In this document: piece after piece, positions 13,020 to 23,344 of the stretch
Layout of the letters: every line of letters begins with the position of its first letter
How positions within the stretch are numbered: the first letter of the stretch is position 1
Assembly (NCBI GenBank): GCA_002269645.1
Contig: NIVC01001556.1
Coordinates: forward strand, 186,001 to 250,000
DNA from: Macrostomum lignano
Taxonomy: Eukaryota
Direction: 5' to 3'
Length of the DNA: 64,000 bases
The notes under the pieces: generated by a model
Databases searched by the model: none
The model's input: the letters and a program-made list of their open reading frames with translations, nothing else
Told to the model about the DNA's origin: nothing
Position numbers and translations under genes: made by a program

Positions 13020-13390
13020 GACAATCCAACAACAGACTCACAACAAAGTGCAACAATCCAACAACAGACTCACAACCCAATGCAACAATCCAACAACAGA
13101 CTCACAACCCAATGCAACAATCCAAAAACAGACTCACAACCCAATGCAACAATCCAAAAACAGACTCACAACCAAATGCTACAATCGAACAACAGACTCA
13201 CAACCCAATCCAACAACAGAGTCACAACCCAATGCGACAATCCAACAACAGTCTCACAACCCAATGCGACAATCCAACAACAGACTCACAACCCAATGGG
13301 ACAATCCAACAACAGACTCACAACCCAATGCGACAATCCAACAACAGACTCACAACCCAATGCGACAATCCAACAACAGACTCACAACCC
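13020..13390. repeat. Minisatellite, 32-bp unit CCAACAACAGACTCACAACCCAATGCRACAAT
   Basis: About 12 copies, ending 14 nt before an acceptor. Confidence 0.93.
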
Positions 13391-13404
13391 TCCGCCCCTG
13401 CCAG

Positions 13405-13755
13405 ACCGGCACGCCCCGCCTGACTCACCACTCCAAGCCGCGGGTGCCCACGGCCGAGCGGGTGCGCCTGCGCGACTTCACGAGCTCGCATTTCGGCCCG
13501 GCGCTGCAGCAGCGTCTTCGGCTGCTGACGGACGCGGAGGTGGCCGCTGCGACGGCGGGGGCGAACGGGCAAAAGCAGTCGGCATCCGGGTGGACATCCG
13601 CCGCCAACAACGGGACGAGCCTCGGCCTGGAGGTCAGCGGTGTTTCTCGCGGCCAATCGCGGCTGTCCGAAGCGTCGGGCGGCGGCGGCGGCGGCGGCGC
13701 CAAGTCGGAGCTGCAGGGCCTCATCACTGCGGGGCTCACCGGCGGCAAAAAGTCG
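13405..13755 (+). CDS. Exon of gene 1 (TGTPRLTHHSKPRV...GLTGGKKS)
   Basis: Acceptor ctccgcccctgccag and consensus donor GTGAGT at 13756. GC-rich, phase 0-0. Confidence 0.7.
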
Positions 13756-13799
13756 GTGAGTTGAGCTGGTCAGGTTGAGTTGAGTCAGCTTCAGCCAGC

Positions 13800-14478
13800 G
13801 TCGGTCAGGTCAGGTTTGTGTCAGGTTTGTGTCAGGTTGGATCAGGTTTGGGTCAGCTTGGGTCAAGTTAAGTCAGGTTTGGGTCAGGTTTGGGTCAGAT
13901 TTGGGTCAGTTTGGGTCAGGTTGGGTCAGATTTGTGTCAGCTAATTGTGTCAGGTTAAGCCAGATTTGTGTCAGCTAATTGGGTCAGGTTAAGCCAGATT
14001 TGTGTCAGCTAATTGGGTCAGGTTAAGCCAGATTTGTGTCAGCTAATTGTGTCAGGTTAAGTCAGATTTGTGTCAGCTAATTGGGTCAGGTTAAGTCAGA
14101 TTTGTGTCAGCTAATTGGGTCAGGTTAAGCCAGATTTGTGTCAGCTAATTGGGTCAGGTTAAGCCAGATTTGTGTCAGCTAATTGTGTCAGGTTAAGTCA
14201 GATTTGTGTCAGCTAATTGTGTCAGGTTAAGTCAGATTTGTGTCAGCTAATTGTGTCAGGTTAAGTCAGATTTGTGTCAGCTAATTGGGTCAGGTTAAGT
14301 CAGATTTGTGTCAGCTAATTGTGTCAGGTTAAGTCAGATTTGTGTCAGCTAATTGTGTCAGGTTAAGTCAGATTTGTGTCAGCTAATTGGGTCAGGTTAA
14401 GTCAGATTTGTGTCAGCTAATTGGGTCAGGTTAAGTCAGATTTGTGTCAGCTAATTGGTTCAGGTTAAGTCAGATTTG
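13800..14478. repeat. GTCAG-rich region followed by a 34-bp minisatellite TCAGATTTGTGTCAGCTAATTG(G/T)GTCAGGTTAAG
   Basis: About 16 regular copies from 13925, preceded by irregular GGTCAGGTT units. Confidence 0.93.
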
Positions 14479-14484
14479 GTGTAG

Positions 14485-14562
14485 GGTCAGCGCGCTCCGT
14501 CTGCTCTCGCCAATGACTGCTTCGACTGCGCTGGCTGCGGGTGGGCAGTCAGCCTGCAGTAA
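14485..14562 (+). CDS. Probable terminal coding exon of gene 1 (GQRAPSALANDCFDCAGCGWAVSLQ*)
   Basis: TAG acceptor at 14482-14484, phase 0, TAA at 14560-14562. AATAAA at 15247-15252 follows directly once the foldback insertion is removed. Confidence 0.5.
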   Translation, partial: GQRAPSALANDCFDCAGCGWAVSLQ

Positions 14563-14581
14563 ACTTACATGCATCAGCGCC

Positions 14582-15236
14582 GGCTACCGGACATTTGCCC
14601 TCCGGCATTTGCCCTCCGGACATTTGCCCTCCGGCATTTCCCCTCCGGACATTTGCCCTCCGGCATTTCCCCTCCGGACATTTGCCCTCGAGGACATTTG
14701 CCCTCGGGGACATTTGCCCTCCGGACATTTGCCCTCCGGACATTTGCCCTCGGGGACATTTGCCCTCGGGGACATTTCCCCTCCGGACATTTGCCCTCCG
14801 GACATTTCCCCTCTGGAAAAGTACAGGTAAGGCTGGGGATAGGGTAGGGCGCGGGTATATATTGCTTACTAGAAAAGGATGAGTTGTTGGCTGGAGAAGA
14901 ACCTGATGGATGCAAGAGGCGGGAGGATGAGGTTGGTGCTGGAGGAACGACGGGTGGGTACAGGAGGAGGTGAGGTAAGTAATGTGCGAGGGGGTAAATT
15001 TGCAGAGGGCAAATGTGCGGAGGGGAAATGTCCGGAGGGCAAATGTCCGGAGGGCAAATGTCCGGAGGGGAAATGTCCCCGAGGGCAAATGTCCCCGAGG
15101 GGAAATGTCCGGAGGGCAAATGTCCGGAGGGGAAATGTCCCGGAGGGCAAATGTCCGGAGGGCAAACGCCGCCGAGGGGAAGTGCCGGAGGGCAAGTGCC
15201 GGAGGGGAAGTGCCGGAGGGCAAATGTCCGGAAGCG
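14582..15236. mobile_element. Foldback-type non-autonomous DNA transposon (probably MULE superfamily), 655 bp
   Basis: Two arms of about 230 bp built of 15-bp units (GGACATTTGCCCTCC / GGAGGGCAAATGTCC) in inverted orientation around a spacer of about 190 bp. Perfect 9-bp TSD ATCAGCGCC at 14573-14581 and 15237-15245. Confidence 0.85.
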
Positions 15237-15246
15237 ATCAGCGCCC

Positions 15247-15252
15247 AATAAA
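15247..15252 (+). terminator. Polyadenylation signal AATAAA of gene 1
   Basis: First AATAAA downstream of the predicted stop, followed by AT-rich sequence. Confidence 0.4.
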
Positions 15253-16194
15253 ATATTCGTAATATTTCAAAAAATTTCCAAAACATCTGTTCCAGACTCA
15301 GCAGCAGCGCTGGTTCGAATCCGGGACCTCGGCAGCCCGTCCGGCTCCGTTCGTAGCGGCCGCCAAAAGGAAATAATTAAGTAACTCGAAGTAATTATTG
15401 ACTGCAATATGTAAGCACTTTACTTGTGCATCTGTTTTTCAACGGTCAATAGCGATAATTTATTTTATTATTTGGGAGAAATATAACGTATAAACAACAA
15501 CCCTTACTATGGGAGATTTATTTGGCAGATAAAAATGATTCGATTCAACAATTGTTTTAATTGAAATTTTCGTACTTCTTAATAATGCCGAATCAGGCAC
15601 TGTAACAACATATTGGCAATTAATTTTAATTTTGTTTAAATTATTACTTTCGATGTTTTTTGATCGTTGCATTTTCGTAATTTAAATTCTTGGATTATTA
15701 TTTCAAGTGCTAAATACTCTTACAATAGATATTACTATTTTTATTTTTATTTCTTCCATGTTAACTATTCTGCTTCGAATTGTTTAACTGTTGTATTTAT
15801 AACCAACACTGTTTAAATTGGTGCCAAGTGGTTAGTTATAACTTCGAGTATATTAATTATTTGTACAATTGAGGTACATGCATGTACTTGAACTTAAGAA
15901 CTTTTACACACTTGTGTATATCTTTTAAATTTCAAAATAACTGCAAATGGATATTGACTATTAATTGTTATTTAATATACTTTACTGGCTTCAAGTAGTA
16001 TTTATTTATCACTTCTTGCTAACGAGCTACTACGTACATTATGTACTTTTTGTGTCCTCCATTTGTTGAACATTATATTTTCAATGCTTGTTTCACCAAT
16101 TGTCAATTTTAAATTTTAATTATACCAGTGTAGGTATATTATTTTTATTGCATTGCAATTACTGCGTATTTGGTAAAACATCTCTGTCTATGTT

Positions 16195-16405
16195 TGACTG
16201 ACTGACTGACTGACTGACTGACTGACTGACTGACTGACTGACTGACTGACTGACTGACTGACTGACTAACTGACTGACTGACTGACTGACTGACTGACTA
16301 ACTGACTGACTGACTGACTGACTGACTGACTGACTGACTGACTGACTGACTGACTGACTGACTGACTGACTGACTGACTGACTGACTGACTGACTGACTG
16401 ACTGA
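16195..16405. repeat. (CTGA)n microsatellite
   Basis: About 52 units. Confidence 0.97.
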
Positions 16406-17121
16406 GTTAAAGGTGAACACACTGCGGTCTAAAATCATAAATCAAAAAGCGATTAAAATATTAAAAAATTCGAGTTCAGGTGTCAGACATAATTAAGACA
16501 CTTTACTGCAAGTGCTCCATGCGCCGATGCAAACCTAGCAGTAAGTATATTCATATATTAGCCACATTTATTAAGCCTCACATATTGAGATAAGCGCGAA
16601 ATCTGCACTACAAATATGTAATTTGAGCAGGCACATTACTGACATAATTGTAAAATTGATAGAAATCACTAATTGTTACATGTAGAATTACAAGTTTTCT
16701 CTCGTTTACAGAAATAGTTATTCGACTATTGCAAAACTTAATTTCGAAAGGCTGCGAAATAACAGAGAAATTTGCGAGAGAATTTGAAACAATCAGTTTA
16801 AAAAATCGAAAGAAAACTCGAAATTGAAACGCGCAAAAGTGGAAATGAGGGAAGTTAAAGGGCTACAAGGGGTGAGGTTGGCGCGGATTCGAAAAAGGTG
16901 CACTAAAATTCCTTGTTTTTACCTGATGGATGCTTTGCAATCTATTTTAACAGTGGGAGCGTTTGAACATTTTTATTGATTGAGCAACAACCTTAGAAGG
17001 TGAAATTTTTCAAACTTTTAGTCACGAATCTAAACTCGCAATTAATATTATTAAACAGATTCTAAGAATGGATAACTCACACGCAATGAGTTGTCGGCAA
17101 GGGTTACATAGTCAAGGCGAG

Positions 17122-17660
17122 TCAGTGCATGGCGTAGGCCTCCTGCTGGTGCTGAAAGCTGGTCTCAGAAGGTCCAGCTGGGTTCCACTGGCAAAGTCCA
17201 AGCGCCAGGTTCGAAGAAAAGTCCTGCTGTTGCTGCTGCTGCTGATGCTCCGGCAGCGTCTCCGGCGGCCCGTGCTGGAAAGGTGCGACATTCTGCGACG
17301 ATTCAATAAGCTGGTCGATGTCTTCAGTTGACACGGACGGTATGTCGCTGAGGTAGTGCCTGCCCGTGTTGGCCGAACGCTGCTGCTGGTAGGTGTGGTA
17401 GGCGGCAATAGGGTAGCCACTCCAGCTGCCGTATTTGGCGCAGTGCTGCTGTGTTGGCGGCTGCGGCTGGTGCTGTTGGTGCTGCACAGGATGTGAAGGC
17501 AGCTGCTGATGACAACAGCACGAGTAGCAAATTTGATGGTGCTGCTGCTGGTGCTGCTGATGATGCTGCAGCTGGAACTGTGGAGTCTGGCTCCCGTTAA
17601 CCATCCAAGCCGACTGGTGATGACCAGCTGGCCGGATCAGCTGCGACCGGTTGTGCGGCT
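17122..17660 (-). CDS. gli: Gli/Ci terminal exon 6
   Basis: Acceptor ttcgcag (phase 1) and TGA at 17124-17122, with minus-strand AATAAA at 16977-16972. The six exons total 2783 nt; adding the one missing base gives 928 codons (927 aa). Confidence 0.75.
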
Positions 17661-17723
17661 CTGCGAATTGGATTTGAACATCAGTGCACATCAGTGTACA
17701 TTATTACAGATACTAATTGACGT

Positions 17724-18300
17724 GTTGGGCAGGGAGTGAGGTGGCTGCATGAAGAGTTGGAGTGTTGGGGCAGGGAGTGAGGTGGCTGCTTGAAGAGTTG
17801 GAGTGTTGGGGCAGGGAGTGAGGTGGCTGCATGAAGAGTTGGGGTGTTGGGGCAGGGAGTGAGGTGGCTGCAGGAAGAGTTGGGGTGTTGGGGCAGGGAG
17901 TGAGGTGGCTGCATGAAGATTTGAGGTGTTGGGGCAGGGAGTGAGGTGGCTGCAGGAAGAGTTGGAGTGTTGGGGCAGGGAGTGAGGTGGCTGCTTGAAG
18001 AGTTGGAGTGTTGGGGCAGGGAGTGAGGTGGCTGCATGAAGAGTTGGGGTGTTGGGGCAGGGAGTGAGGTGGCTGCAGGAAGAGTTGGGGTGTTGGGGCA
18101 GGGAGTGAGGTGGCTGCATGAAGATTTGAGGTGTTGGGGCAGGGAGTGAGGTGGCTGCAGGAAGAGTTGGGGTGTTGGGCAGGGAGTGAGGTGGCTTCAT
18201 GAAGAGTTGGGGTGTTGGGGCAGGGAGTGGGGTGGCTGCAGGAAGAGTTGGGGTGTTGGGGCAGGGAGTGAGGTGGCTGCAGGAAGATTTAGGGTGTTGT
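17724..18300. repeat. Minisatellite, 41-bp G-rich unit GGGCAGGGAGTGAGGTGGCTGCATGAAGAGTTGGGGTGTTG (Gli intron 5)
   Basis: About 14 copies. Confidence 0.95.
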
Positions 18301-18647
18301 TGGGGGCAGGGACTGGAGGGCAGAGAATTCTAACGAATAGAAGCAATAGGCGGCGTAAAATTGGAAAAGGGTGGTGTAGAAATTTCTGAGTCGGAGGGGT
18401 TGTGAGCTTGGGGGTAAGAGGCCGATAGACCAGCCAGTAGGAAGTAAGAGAGGGAGGGAGGATAGCATAGTTAAAGTTAGAGTAAAGTCGAACTCAATAT
18501 GTATGACCAAATGTATTTTAATGTCTTTCGTTGATTGCTACTAATGACAATCAAATATTGCTACTGATAGTACACTGGCTAAGATTTTACAGCGCAATGC
18601 TCGCATTGCAGCTGGTTTATAAAAGAAACTAAATTTAAAAAAATTAC

Positions 18648-18757
18648 CTCCATAGCTCCAGTTGCGTTGCTGGTTGCCATGGGCATTTTGATGCAACTGC
18701 TGCATGGACTGATGCATCTGATGGTGCTGTTCGTGATGCCGCAGCTGGTATTGCTCC

Positions 18758-18795
<38 letters not shown>

Positions 18796-19112
18796 ATGCT
18801 CTGTCCAGTAGACTGGCTGCTCCGCCGTCTGAGTCTCTCGTTTAACGACTGAGCCACCGCCGCCGCCGCCGCCGCCGCCGCTACCGACACTCGACGAGAT
18901 CATGGACCCGCGGCCAGAGGACCCGATGCTCACTACGCTGGCATCGTCCGGTTGTGCAGCGGTGGGCGGAGCCATTAGTCCAGTCGGCCCGTTTGTCGAT
19001 GCCTGACAAGCGACGCCGACCAAAGTGGAGGAGCCGCACGAGCGCTCGGACTGTGGCGAAGGAGCCGACGACTGCTGGCTGATGTGGCTCATCGGCGAGG
19101 GCCGGTCGGAGT
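18648..19112 (-). CDS. gli: Gli/Ci exon 5 (Ser/Gly/Gln-rich)
   Basis: Acceptor ctcttctccaaccccag and donor GTAATT. Phase 1-1, inside the 18541-19143 ORF. Confidence 0.75.
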
Positions 19113-19196
19113 CTGGGGTTGGAGAAGAGTTTACTACGTACATGCAACACTTCTATGGGAGCTCCGATGATAAATGTAGATGGGAAACTGCCAAGC

Positions 19197-20250
19197 ATAT
19201 CACTGGACAGTCAAATGTCACTGGACAGTCAAATGTCACTGGACAGTCAAATGTCACTGGACAGTCAAATGTCACTGGACAGTCAAATGTCACTGGACAG
19301 TCAAATGTCACTGGACAGTCAAATGTCACTGGACAGTCAAATGTCACTGGACAGTCAAATGTCACTGACAGCCAAATGTCACTGGACAGTCAAATGTCAC
19401 TGGACAGTCAAATGTCACTGACAGTCAAATGTCACTGGTAGTCAAATGTCACTGACAGTCAAATGTCACTGGTAGTCAAATGTCACTGACAGTCAAATAT
19501 CTCTGACAGTCAAATGTCACTTGCAGTCAAATGTCACTGACAGTCAAATATCTCTGACAGTCAAATGTCACTTGCAGTCAAATGTCACTGACAGTCAAAT
19601 ATCTCTGACAGTCAAATGTCACTGACAGTCAAATATCTCTGACAGTCTAATGTCACTTGCAGTCAAATGTCACTGACAGTCAAATGTCACTGACAGTCAA
19701 ATGTCACTAGCAGTCAAATGTCACTGGCAGTCAAATGTCACTAGCAGTCAAATGTCACTGACAGTCAAATATCTCTGACAGTCAAATGTCACTAGCAGTC
19801 AAATGTCACTGGCAGTCAAATGTCACTAGCAGTCAAATGTCACTGGCAGTCAAATGTCACTGGCAGTCAAATGTCACTGGCAGTCAAATGTCACTAGCAG
19901 TCAAATGTCACTAGCAGTCAAATGTCACTTGCAGTCAAATGTCACTGACAGTCAAATATCTCTGACAGTCAAATGTCACTTGCAGTCAAATGTCACTGAC
20001 AGTCAAATATCTCTGACAGTCAAATGTCACTAGCAGTCAAATGTCACTGGCAGTCAAATGTCACTGGCAGTCAAATGTCACTGACAGTCAAATATCTCTG
20101 ACAGTCAAATGTCACTAGCAGTCAAATGTCACTGGCAGTCAAATGTCACTAGCAGTCAAATGTCACTGGCAGTCAAATGTCACTGGCAGTCAAATGTCAC
20201 TAGCAGTCAAATGTCTCTGGCAGTCAAATGTCACTGACAGTCAAATATCT
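19197..20250. repeat. Minisatellite, 18-bp then 17-bp units GTCACTG(G)(A)CAGTCAAAT (Gli intron 4)
   Basis: About 60 copies; unit length switches near 19420. Confidence 0.95.
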
Positions 20251-20381
20251 TGCACTCACCAATTTAAAATAAAAATAAATCTTTAAATATTATTTGAACA
20301 ATCAAAGAGTAAGTTTGATTGTTTGACGTGCTCAAGCCTTCAATGGATTAAGAAGAGATTAAGCAAGTGAATTTCACTCAC

Positions 20382-21089
20382 AGACCATGGGACTAACTAG
20401 CGCCTCAGTTTTAATTAGTCCGTCCTTCATCGGGCCGTACAGCCTCCCCGGATGATGATGGTGTCGATGATGAAGCTGCTGATGCTGAGCCACGGCAGCT
20501 TCGCCGCCGGCCGCGGGGCCACCCGCAATCGATGGCATCAGCAGCTCGGCCAGTCCGCCATCGTCGTCCGACTCAAAGAAATCGGCCGGCAGCGACTCCG
20601 ACATCGGGCTGGCCATTGAGATCGCGACGCCGCCGCCGTTGCCGCCGCCGCTGCCGCCGCCGCAGGCAGGAGCTGCAGAGAAACCAAAATTTGAGCCTTG
20701 TTGTTGTTGTTTCTGCTGCTGCTGCTGCTGCTGCTGGCCGGCACCAGACTTGGAGCCGTATCGGCGCATTCGATTCTCCTCAGCCTTTGAGCTCCAACTT
20801 TCGCCTTTGAATTTTTTCGTAGCGTAAGCCTCGGCACCGTGCACGGTTTTGATGTGCTTGCGCAGAGAGCTGGGGTCCGTGTACCGCTTGCTGCAGCCAA
20901 CCGCCGCCCGGCAGACGTACGGCTTCTCTGAGGAGTGAGTCCGGTTCTGGTGCTTGGCGCGGTCGGACGCGTTCGAGAACGCTTTCCCGCAGCCGGGCAC
21001 CTCGCAGGGGTAGGGCTTCTCCCCGTGTGCGAGCGCTGGTGCGTCTTCATGTTCTCCAGTCGGGAATAGGCCTTGTGACAGCCTTGGAA
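20382..21089 (-). CDS. gli: Gli/Ci exon 4: ZF3-ZF5, with an apparent 1-nt frameshift at 21021-21024
   Basis: [23 protein letters not shown] in one frame continues as [62 protein letters not shown] in another. These are diagnostic Gli ZF3-5 sequences. Donor GTGAGT, phase 1. Confidence 0.93.
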
Positions 21090-21239
21090 CTGGTGGCGAA
21101 AGCAAAGGAAGTTACAGATCATTTAAAGCTTGTTTACGAAATTTGACTAGGCACAGAGCCCTGCACTGTCTGACAATGCCTGATAATCCCCTGAGAGGGG
21201 AGGGACAGTTGAGGTAGAGAAGTGTCAGTGCCCAATCAG

Positions 21240-21951
21240 GCACAGTGCAGAGAGGGAGAGGCACATGGGAGAGAGGGAGAGAGAGAGAGGCACAGGAGAG
21301 AGGGAGAGACACAGGGGAGAGAAGGAGAGTCACAGGGGAGAGAGGGAGAGACGGGATAGAGAGGGAGAGGGGAACAGGGAAGAGAGAGAGTCACAGGGGA
21401 GAGAGAGAGTCACAGGGGAGAGAGAGAGGCACAGGGGAGAGAGAGAGTCACAGGGGAGAGAGAGAGGCACAGGGGAGAGAGAGAGGCACAGGGGAGAGAA
21501 GGAGAGGCACAGGGGAGAGAGAGAGTCACAGGGGAGAGAAGGAGAGGCACAGGGGAGAGAGAGAGTCACAGGGGAGAGAGAGAGGCACAGGGGAGAGAGA
21601 GAGGCACAGGGGAGAGAGAGAGGCACAGGGGAGAGAAGGAGAGGCACAGGGGAGAGAGAGTCACAGGGGAGAGAGAGAGGCACAGGGGAGAGAGAGAGGC
21701 ACAGGGGAGAGAAGGAGAGGCACAGGGGAGAAAGAGAGGCACAGGGGAGAGAGAGAGGCACAGGGGAGAGAGAGAGTCACAGGGGAGAGAGAGTCACAGG
21801 GGAGAGAGAGTCACAGGGGAGAGAGAGAGTCACAGGGGAGAGAAGGAGAGTCACAGGGGAAAGAGAGAGGCACAGGGGAGAGAGAGAGGCACAGGGGAGA
21901 GAAAGAGAGGCACAGGGGAGAGAGAGAGTCACAGGGCAGAGAGAGACACGG
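21240..21951. repeat. Purine-rich minisatellite CACAGGGG(AG)n(G/T), 19-21 bp (Gli intron 3)
   Basis: About 33 copies, bracketed by a perfect 47-bp direct repeat (21193-21239 and 21952-21998). Confidence 0.93.
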
Positions 21952-22019
21952 GAGAGGGGAGGGACAGTTGAGGTAGAGAAGTGTCAGTGCCCAATCAGTG
22001 AAAACTTATTTCAGCTCAC

Positions 22020-22172
22020 ATTGCATTTATACGGCTTTTCTCCCGTGTGTCGCCGCACGTGTACATTGAGCATGTACAGCGCTTTGAAGGGCTTCAGGTG
22101 CCGGTTGCAGTCCTGCCAGTAGCAGGCGAACTCCTTGCGATCGCAATTCTTCACGTGCAGCTCATTAACGTG
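22020..22172 (-). CDS. gli: Gli/Ci exon 3: end of ZF1, ZF2 and TGEKP linker
   Basis: Encodes [51 protein letters not shown], matching Gli ZF2 ([21 protein letters not shown]). 153 nt, phase 0-0. Not captured in the ORF track. Confidence 0.95.
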
Positions 22173-22544
22173 CTGAAAAATTCCAGGATAGAAAACTTAA
22201 CTCTTCACATTTAGTAGCCCTAGAAACAATCAGTTCTAATTAACTGTGTCATTTTTTCAATGAAAGCTAGCCATTTTAGGTACTGCCTTACAACAAGTTT
22301 GCACAGCAGATTTTATTCCAGATAGTTTCTTAGACACAAAATTTTCTGATCGTCTACTTCTATGGCCAGTCCTTTTCAAATTGTTGGCAGTCAAATGGCC
22401 TGGCCGCCCTGCGAAAACCCGGGGTTCAGACCATAGACTATAGCTTTTTCTGCTCTCAAGCATTAGCAGCCTGCAGCTGGTGTCTGTGGCCCTAACCCAG
22501 ACGGCTGCTAAGTACACTGGGCACATCTGAGTTTAGCGCCTCAC

Positions 22545-22658
22545 CTCAACCAGTTCAGCGTTGGTCTCGAACTTGGCACCGCAGTTCTCCCAGCGGCAGT
22601 CGGTCTCGCCCGACGCTGTCTCTCCGTCGTCGTCGTCCAGCTCGCCGTCTGCGCTGCA

Positions 22659-22698
<40 letters not shown>

Positions 22699-23299
22699 AC
22701 GCTGCTTCCCTCGAGGCCGCAGGACGAGCTGCCCTGTGGACTGGTCAGGGCCGAGTGTTGCGGCGGGGCTACTCCGGGAGACACGGATGGAGCGCCCGAT
22801 GGCCTGAAGATCGACATTGGCTGCGGCTGCTGCGGCATCGGCGGCTGCGACGCCGGCGGCGGCGGTGGCTGCGGCGTGAACAGCGGCGACCCGCTGCCAA
22901 AGGAGGCAGCTGACAGATGCCCGATGGAGCCCTGGCTGCCCTTGGAGCTGGCGCAGGGCGACCGGCGCAGGCGCGGTATCCAGGACAGGCAGTCGTGCGA
23001 CGCGGTCACCTGGCTCAAATCCATTCCGCTGCCTTCCATGGACGACTGCGACAGGGCGCGCTTCTTGGCGCCGCGGCCGAGAGTTGCCAGAGTGCCCTGC
23101 TGAAGAGGCAGCGGTGGCGGCGGCGCCACTGGCGGCCAGGCGGGGCTGGCGGGCTGGTAGGCAGGCTGGGGATAAGCCCATGGCGGCGGGCAGGGGAAGC
23201 TGGGGTTGCTAGGCACGGAGCGGGTGCCCGTTGGCGGCTGGGAGCAGAAGCCAGCATGGTAGTAAGGAGCCGCCATGCCGTAGAATCCGGCTCGGCCGT
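22545..23299 (-). CDS. gli: Gli/Ci exon 2: N-terminal region (KKRALS, SIGHLS) and start of ZF1
   Basis: cttcttcag acceptor and GTGAGG donor. Encodes the KKRALS and S-x-GHLS motifs of Gli N-termini and ETDCRWENCGAKFETNAELVE (Gli ZF1). Confidence 0.92.
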
Positions 23300-23344
23300 C
23301 TGAAGAAGATGGCGTTCGGTTGAAATGCCATTTTTATCCCGAAA

